Both the position numbers and the translations under genes were made by a program. Below the pieces are notes generated by a model. It was not told the origin of the DNA. It did not search any database and was given only the letters and a program-made list of their open reading frames with translations. This document shows, piece by piece, positions 57,369 through 64,000 of a DNA stretch of 64,000 nucleotides. Position 1 is the stretch's first letter. Each line of letters starts with the position of its first letter. This DNA is from the human T2T-CHM13v2.0 reference genome, Homo sapiens. The DNA is taken from assembly GCF_009914755.1 (NCBI RefSeq), contig NC_060931.1. One strand, 5' to 3'.

Positions 57369-57734
<366 letters not shown>

Positions 57735-58110
57735 TAGTAAAATCCTTGTTAGGTTCTCCTAAGCATCTGGGGGTAACAGATAGCGGGAGGAGGGCAGACC
57801 AGGCCAAGGGACCCCAGGCTGCCCAATTGCAGAGTATCTGCCTCCTCAGTAGAGGGGTGGCAGGGCTCCAGACTGAGAAAAAGCCTGCCCTCCAACCAGG
57901 GAAGGAGCAGGTAGATCAGCCTGGCTCCCCTTCAGCAGTGCTCTGTGGCCAGGGGACCACTAGGAACTCCAGTTCTTCACCAGCTGGTGACTGAGCCCCA
58001 CTCTGTGCCCAGCCTCAGGCAGTCCATGCTAGGCCTGGGGAGAGAAGGAAGGGGCAGACGGAAGGTGGAGGCACTGTTCAGCCCTAAAGCTCTGTGCCTG
58101 TACAGCTTCA

Positions 58111-58860
<750 letters not shown>

Positions 58861-59421
58861 CTAAATGCTTATGGTGCCTTCAACCCCTGTGACCACCAAA
58901 AACACCCTTGAAATCCCAGTTGCCCCCCAGGAGGCAATTCCACCATCCCTAAGCTTGCCCTGACCCTGACAGTTACATGGTCCCTGTGTCCAGGAAGGGA
59001 CTGGGCCTGCTGTGGGTATGAGGAGTCTGGGCAGTCTCTGCCTCCACCCCAGCTCTCTGGCCCGAGCAAAGGAGCTGGTATTCCTCATCTGGGCACCCCG
59101 GGCCCCCGCCCGCCTTCCTGTCCTGCCAGCAGGACCGCTCCCACCACGAGCCAGCCCAGAGGACGTGGCAGTCCCACAGCCTCTGCACTTGGCGCTCTGG
59201 CAGCCCTGCCTGGCCAGACCCACGCTGTCTGTAGCCCCTGAATTCCTGGCCTCCTGTGAGCAGCGTTGGTGGGAGGTGGAAGACTCCCCCAGGGATCCAC
59301 CAACCAGCCGGGCAGGTCCACTTGGGGCCAGTTTCTACCTCGGAAAATCCTGGCTTCCTCAGCGCCGACCCCCAGCAGCCCTGGCCTCCTCCCCTGCTCA
59401 CTGCTGACTGCTTGGCAGGCC

Positions 59422-59460
59422 TGAGTCAACAGACATTGCCAGGGAAACAGAGTGACGTCA
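59422..59460. promoter_or_regulatory. AP-1 (TGAGTCA 59422-59428) and full CRE (TGACGTCA 59453-59460) in intron 27
   Basis: exact consensus motifs in a CpG-containing unique segment; function not shown. Confidence 0.55.
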
Positions 59461-59671
59461 TGTGGTGGAGCCGCGAAGGGCGCAGGCTCCCCAGCCACTT
59501 CCCGTCCCTGAAGCCCTGAGCACACTGCTTAACCTCTGCTCTGCCTCAGCGTTCTCATCTGCAAAATGGGAATGACAATAGTGCCTACCTTTCCTGCTGC
59601 AATGCATAAAAAATGGGCTGCTAAGTGTGAAGCACTCAAAATGTTAAGTGCCTGCTGTAGATACTATTACC

Positions 59672-60140
<469 letters not shown>

Positions 60141-60281
60141 AAATATGGACTGGACTTCCTGTCCACTGCTCCTCCACAGTGTCACATGGCCCCTGCCACC
60201 TGTCTGCTTGCCTTGTGTCCCTGGGGCAGGGAGACCCATCGTTCAGAAATGGAACACTCATTTTCCCTCCTCTCCCCGCAG

Positions 60282-60353
60282 GAGCAGCAGTGCCTGGGGT
60301 CCTTGGAGGGCTCGGGGCTCTCGGTGGAGTAGGCATCCCAGGCGGTGTGGTGG
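60282..60353 (+). CDS. ELN: ELN exon 28 [24 protein letters not shown]
   Basis: ccgcag| 72 nt |gtgagt. Confidence 0.97.
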
Positions 60354-60438
60354 GTGAGTTGAAACCCCAGGAGGGGCAGGGTGGGGAGGGAATCTAACCA
60401 GTACAGAGTGCCTCCCTGAACTCGGTCTGTGTTCCCAG

Positions 60439-60498
60439 GAGCCGGACCCGCCGCCGCCGCTGCCGCAGCCAAAGCTGCTGCCAAAGCCGCCCAGTTTG
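60439..60498 (+). CDS. ELN: ELN exon 29 [20 protein letters not shown]
   Basis: tcccag| 60 nt |gtgagc. Confidence 0.97.
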
Positions 60499-60730
60499 GT
60501 GAGCACTGGGTGGAGGTGGGAGCTGCCGCCAGGCCCCCAGGCCCCCAGGGTGTGGGAGGAGCTTCTGACCAGGCACTGTAGACTCAGAGTCCCTGCCCCA
60601 GACACCTCCTGGCTCCACTGTGCCATCGAAGGCCAGGGGAGACCTCAGGCTCCACCTGTGTCCCCAGAGGACACCTCCGCCCTCCACAGGCCGAGGCTTC
60701 AGTCCCACCTTTCTGACCAGCGGAGTCTAA

Positions 60731-60988
<258 letters not shown>

Positions 60989-60990
60989 TA

Positions 60991-61227
<237 letters not shown>

Positions 61228-61328
61228 TCATCTAAAAAAAAAAAAGAAAGAAAGAAAAGAAAAGAGGCCAGGCATGGTGGCTCACGCCTGTGATCCCAGC
61301 ACTTTGGGAGGCTGAGGTGGGCAGATCA

Positions 61329-61742
<414 letters not shown>

Positions 61743-62111
61743 TCATCCCAAAACAAAATAAAAACAAGAAATGTGGCAAACGGGAGCTGGGGCTATCCCT
61801 TGCCGCCAGGGTCCCAGTCCTCCCCCTCTCCTCTCTCTTTCAACCCACCTGACCACTGCGGTGGGAGTAAATTAGGAGAATGATGGTTATGCCAGTTCTC
61901 CAAGAAAGAAATCAAAGCTTGGAGAGAAATTGCTTTCCCTAAGTCTCCACCATGGTGGCCGACCTTGTGTGGCCATTTCCCCCTTTCTTGGGCTGTCATT
62001 GTGTCTCCCCCTGTAAACTAGCCTGCACAGCTCTTCCTGTGAGTGCCACAAGACCAGACACACAGTAGGAGCTTAACAATTAAGACTTTTGGGGCCGGGC
62101 ATGGTGGCTCA

Positions 62112-62450
<339 letters not shown>

Positions 62451-62827
62451 TCAGAAGACAGGGCCTAGCCAGGTGCAGTGGCTCACACCTGTAATGTCAG
62501 CACTTTGGGAGGCCGAGGCAGGTGGATCACCTGAGGTCAGGAGTTCGCGACCAGCCTGGCCAACATGGTGAAACCTGTCTCTACTAAAAATACAAAAATT
62601 AGCCAGGCGTGGTGGTGGGTGCCTGTAATCCCAGCTGCTCAGGAGGCTGAGGCAGGAGAACCGCTTGAACCCAGGAGATGGAGGTTGCAGTGAGCCGGGA
62701 TCGCGCCACTGCACTCCAGCCCAGGCGAAGGAGTGAGACTCTGCCTCAAGAAAAAAAAAAAAAAAAAAGACAGGGCCTGACAGGTGGCATTGGCATTCCT
62801 GAGCCGTCATGTGCCTCATCTCCCCAG

Positions 62828-62866
62828 GTATACCTCCAGCTGCAGCCGCTAAAGCAGCTAAATACG
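62828..62866 (+). CDS. ELN: ELN exon 31 [13 protein letters not shown]
   Basis: ccccag| 39 nt |gtgagt. Confidence 0.97.
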
Positions 62867-63077
62867 GTGAGTTCCCCTCTGATGCCTTCCTGCCAGTGGC
62901 CTGCACCCCCTGCCATGCCCATCGCCACCCTCCCCCAGCCCAGCTCAGGCCTCCCTCTGGCTCCCCCTACCCCTGAAGATCTTGTCTGGGACATTCCTTA
63001 ACCCAGAACCCAGCAGGGATATCAGGGCCTCTTCCCGATGGGGGTGTCTTATCCTGACCCCACCTGCCTCTTCTCAG

Positions 63078-63131
63078 GTGCTGCTGGCCTTGGAGGTGTC
63101 CTAGGGGGTGCCGGGCAGTTCCCACTTGGAG
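63078..63131 (+). CDS. ELN: ELN exon 32 GAAGLGGVLGGAGQFPLG (alternatively spliced)
   Basis: tctcag| 54 nt, weak donor |gtaggg. Confidence 0.96.
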
Positions 63132-63468
63132 GTAGGGGTGGCCAGCTCTGCTACGTAGTCCTCAGCTCTGTCCCGATCTAGAGGGGGCCTGTCCATCTAG
63201 CAGTGGGGACTCCCAGAGCCCATGTCCACACAAGGACAGGAGACTGGGGCTGGTGAGGGCACTTTAGGATTGCAGATGTACTGGGCAAACGGGCAAGCTA
63301 TAAGGTTGGGGACAGTGCCAGGCTGAGCTCAGGGTTGAGGCCATGAGGTGCCACACCTGGTTGCTAGGTGGCGGCATGTTGTGTTGAGAAAGCCACTCTG
63401 GCTGTAGTGAGGGGGATTGGCTGGGCGTGGTGGCTCACGCCTGTAATCCCAGCACTTTGGGAGGCCTA

Positions 63469-63732
<264 letters not shown>

Positions 63733-63865
63733 TTATATAGTGGGGGGGATGGAGAGGAGGTGATCCCAGACAGAGGTCTTGGGTGAGCCAGTGCAGGCAG
63801 AAAGTGATGAGGCTGGAGTCAGTTTCCACCCCTACCAACCCACCAACCTGAAATCTCTCCTGCAG

Positions 63866-63910
63866 GAGTGGCAGCAAGACCTGGCTTCGGATTGTCTCCC
63901 ATTTTCCCAG
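63866..63910 (+). CDS. ELN: ELN exon 33 [15 protein letters not shown]
   Basis: ctgcag| 45 nt |gtatgc. Confidence 0.97.
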
Positions 63911-64000
63911 GTATGCCAGGCTCCCTGCCCCTGGGCCCTGCCCTGGAGCTGCAGCCACCTCCTCCCTCCTCTCCTGTGCCATCTCCTGCTCAGAAGGGCT

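Noticed and set aside
63911-64000. Remnants of exons 34/35 or the terminal exon
   Set aside because: Only 90 nt of intron 33 are in the window; nothing identifiable

Overview
Human (primate) genomic DNA containing the elastin gene ELN (7q11.23, Williams-Beuren region) on the + strand. Positions 1 to about 24.7 kb are Alu-rich upstream sequence. A GC-rich, TATA-less promoter precedes the ATG at 25324, followed by coding exons 1-33 (25324-63910); the terminal exon lies beyond the window. All exons were placed by hand using AG/GT boundaries. Every internal exon is a multiple of 3 nt with phase-1 junctions, alternating hydrophobic (G/V/P/A) and Lys cross-linking domains. The introns hold more than 30 Alu copies and several large simple-repeat tracts. 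No other protein-coding gene is supported; most ORF-track entries are Alu, simple-repeat or GC-rich artefacts. The most interesting leads, all hypotheses: (1) a 2-kb (CCAT)n tract in intron 15 that is reverse-complementary to a (GGAT)n tract in intron 18, bracketing exons 16-18; (2) the same tract keeps the elastin frame open for 627 codons upstream of an intronic AATAAA; (3) an intact 30-nt cryptic elastin-like exon in intron 4; (4) inverted Alus bracketing exons 22-23; (5) a CRE plus AP-1 module in intron 27; (6) a non-Alu 330-bp duplication and a higher-order minisatellite upstream. Repeat boundaries are approximate.
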